From NCBI GenBank assembly GCA_964016885.1, contig CAXHJY010000406.1:1-64000 (forward strand): DNA of 64,000 bases. Direction: 5' to 3'. This document shows positions 59,911 through 64,000 of the stretch, in pieces. The stretch is from Eledone cirrhosa (Eukaryota). The position numbers and the translations under genes are program-made. Each line of letters starts with the position of its first letter. The first letter of the stretch is position 1. The notes under the pieces were generated by a model. It saw only the letters and a program-made list of their open reading frames with translations, ran no database searches and was not told the DNA's origin.

Positions 59911-60785
59911 TCTGGGTCCCTTAACTGCGGTGGTCTCGAGTGCTGGTGTGGATGACCCTGGCTCTGGAGACGATGCAGCCAGGTCAGCTGTCCCACAATC
60001 TTCTCTGCCATCACTAAAAAATTTTTCTGATCTGCTGCTGCCATCTGTATCTCGTCGGCATGTGCGTGCCTTCTCCTTGCTGGTGCAGCACGCGCGACAT
60101 CAGCATACTTCTGGAGCGGCTTATTTCGGCTTTGGCATGTTGCGCGAGTATGATGGGCATAGTTCGTTTGAGACCTAGGGTGGGCGAATCTGCATCCCAT
60201 CCCTGTCTCTCCATACCAGCATGTCCCGTTCTTGAAAAACTTGCACATTACTTGGTGTTTTTTGCTCCCAGTGTCTCGGTGCTTTCTGTTCTTTCTTTGA
60301 ACAGTTGTCCACTGGTCCCTCTGCGCTTGGTTCTCCTTCGGAAGGTGATTTCGCTTTTCACCTTTGCCCTTAGCTTGTTGGTTGCCCGGCCTGCCTTCCC
60401 TGCCTGTAGCGGAGGGTATATCAGTTTCTTTCAGGTCCGTGCTTGTGCTCTCCTCCTTTTCTTTTTCCCTTTCCTTTTCCTCTTCCTTTTCCCTCTCCTT
60501 CTCCTCATCCCTCCCTTCGGTTTTCTCCTCCCTGAGGACACGGCTTAGCATCGCCATATGAGGCGCTATGAGGACATACGCCTTCTCAATTTCTTTTCTC
60601 TTTCTCTCTATCTGTACCAGGGTCCTCATAAACCCATGGCTCTTCAGGTTCTCCGCCATCTTTTTGCTTGGTGGAGACCCATCAGCCATAGTCCACCCCT
60701 TGATCAAAACCGCTAGTTCAATCTTCGACCAGTTTCGCTGACTCCTGATTTCACATTTTTCCCATTTTTCCTGCATGCAGTCCAT
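59829..60785 (-). CDS. LINE ORF1 (318 aa): Myb/trihelix-like N-terminus, charged linker, CCCH zinc finger
   Basis: WSKIELAVLIKGW...MAENLKSHGFMRTLVQIERKRKEIEKAY; CKFFKNGTCWYGETGMGCRFAHP. Confidence 0.75.
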   Translation of the reverse strand: MDCMQEKWEKCEIRSQRNWSKIELAVLIKGWTMADGSPPSKKMAENLKSHGFMRTLVQIERKRKEIEKAYVLIAPHMAMLSRVLREEKTEGRDEEKEREKEEEKEREKEKEESTSTDLKETDIPSATGREGRPGNQQAKGKGEKRNHLPKENQAQRDQWTTVQRKNRKHRDTGSKKHQVMCKFFKNGTCWYGETGMGCRFAHPRSQTNYAHHTRATCQSRNKPLQKYADVARAAPARRRHAHADEIQMAAADQKNFLVMAEKIVGQLTWLHRLQSQGHPHQHSRPPQLRDPEWPLLTPDQVSYRQPLLAPQKSHQCCC

Positions 60786-61667
60786 TTCGCTGTGGAGAGG
60801 AGAAAGAGGGACAGTGGGAGGTGTAGAGTAGAGGTTAGAGAGGGACAGAGTGAGGGAGGGAGATAGAGATATAACTCCAGCGAGAGAAAAAGAGAAACAG
60901 AAGAAAAGAAAAGAAAAGGGGGAGACAGAAGAGGGGAGCGAGAGAGATAGCGGGAAGAGTGGGGGGGGTCAGAGGGAGAGAGAGAAGATAGATAGAGAGA
61001 GAGAGAGAGAGAGAGCTCGTTGATCTAGAGAGAGGGAGAAAGAGAGCTCGTTGATCGAGAGAGAGAGAGGGGGAGAGAGAGAGAGAGAGAGAGAGGAAGG
61101 AGAGAGATAGTGAGAGCGTGAGCAACTGCAGTTCATAAATATAAAAATAAATTTTTAAATCTAAATTTAAATTAATGAATGGGAGAAACCGGAAACAGAG
61201 ATATAGAAACACGATGTAAATGTCTGTTTACAAATATACGGAGTTATTGTAATATCAGCATATCATACAAGAAACGACGAAATCGGGTCAAATACAGATA
61301 AGATTATACAAAATCAAACAAGATTATATCAAATTAAATTATGTTACTCAGAAATATCAAAATTAATACAAAATTGCTTAAGCTAAACCAAAATGCTCTG
61401 TATGAAACAAAAATAGAAAGCACGTGTGTGTGTTGTCTCCCATGAATGAATCATACAGTGAAAATAAACATGTTCAAAACGGTAATATATGTAAAATATA
61501 CTTCAAAATAATTGCGTCAAGGCACAAAAACTTATCTTTTTTGTATGTTTTCCTTGTCCTCTGAAGAATTAAAACCATACATAAATCCGATTACTGTCGA
61601 TTTAAAATATTAAAATTTCAAATCCGGAGAGACGACAATCCACGTCTTATACCAACAAGTGCCAAGC

Positions 61668-64000
<2,333 letters not shown>

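Larger units (their letters stand above)
56795..61130 (-). mobile_element. Apparently full-length CR1-group LINE
   Basis: Two overlapping open ORFs, pyrimidine-rich 5' region (60790-61120 on the minus strand), 3' tail (GTAAAAGA)2; 5' boundary approximate. Confidence 0.92.

Noticed and set aside
61554-61638. Hammerhead-like motif UUGUCCU-CUGAAGA...CAAA-UCCGGA-GA-GACGACAA
   Set aside because: GAAA and UH are both mutated; at best a dead relic, so not listed as a feature

Overview
A gene-free, very repeat-rich animal genomic window. The SINE/LINE content and huge (TA)n arrays suggest a cephalopod such as Octopus, but this is an inference. About half of the window is interrupted (TA)n microsatellite. 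Embedded in it are several RTE-clade LINEs (5'-truncated), CR1-group LINEs (one apparently full-length and intact at ~56.8-61.1 kb, with an unusual Myb/trihelix-like + CCCH ORF1), an L1/Tx1 fragment, tRNA-derived SINEs, a Helitron-like 3' end, Penelope-like element (PLE) remnants and a young 16 x 58 bp tandem array. The most striking hidden layer is about 19 type I hammerhead-ribozyme (HHR) motifs from about 10 sequence-unrelated families, read by eye. They sit in short islands between TA tracts. Many lie in or beside fold-back inverted repeats, and several carry non-canonical cores (UUGAUAA, CCGANGA, CAGAAGA) or long stem II insertions. No host protein-coding exon could be supported.
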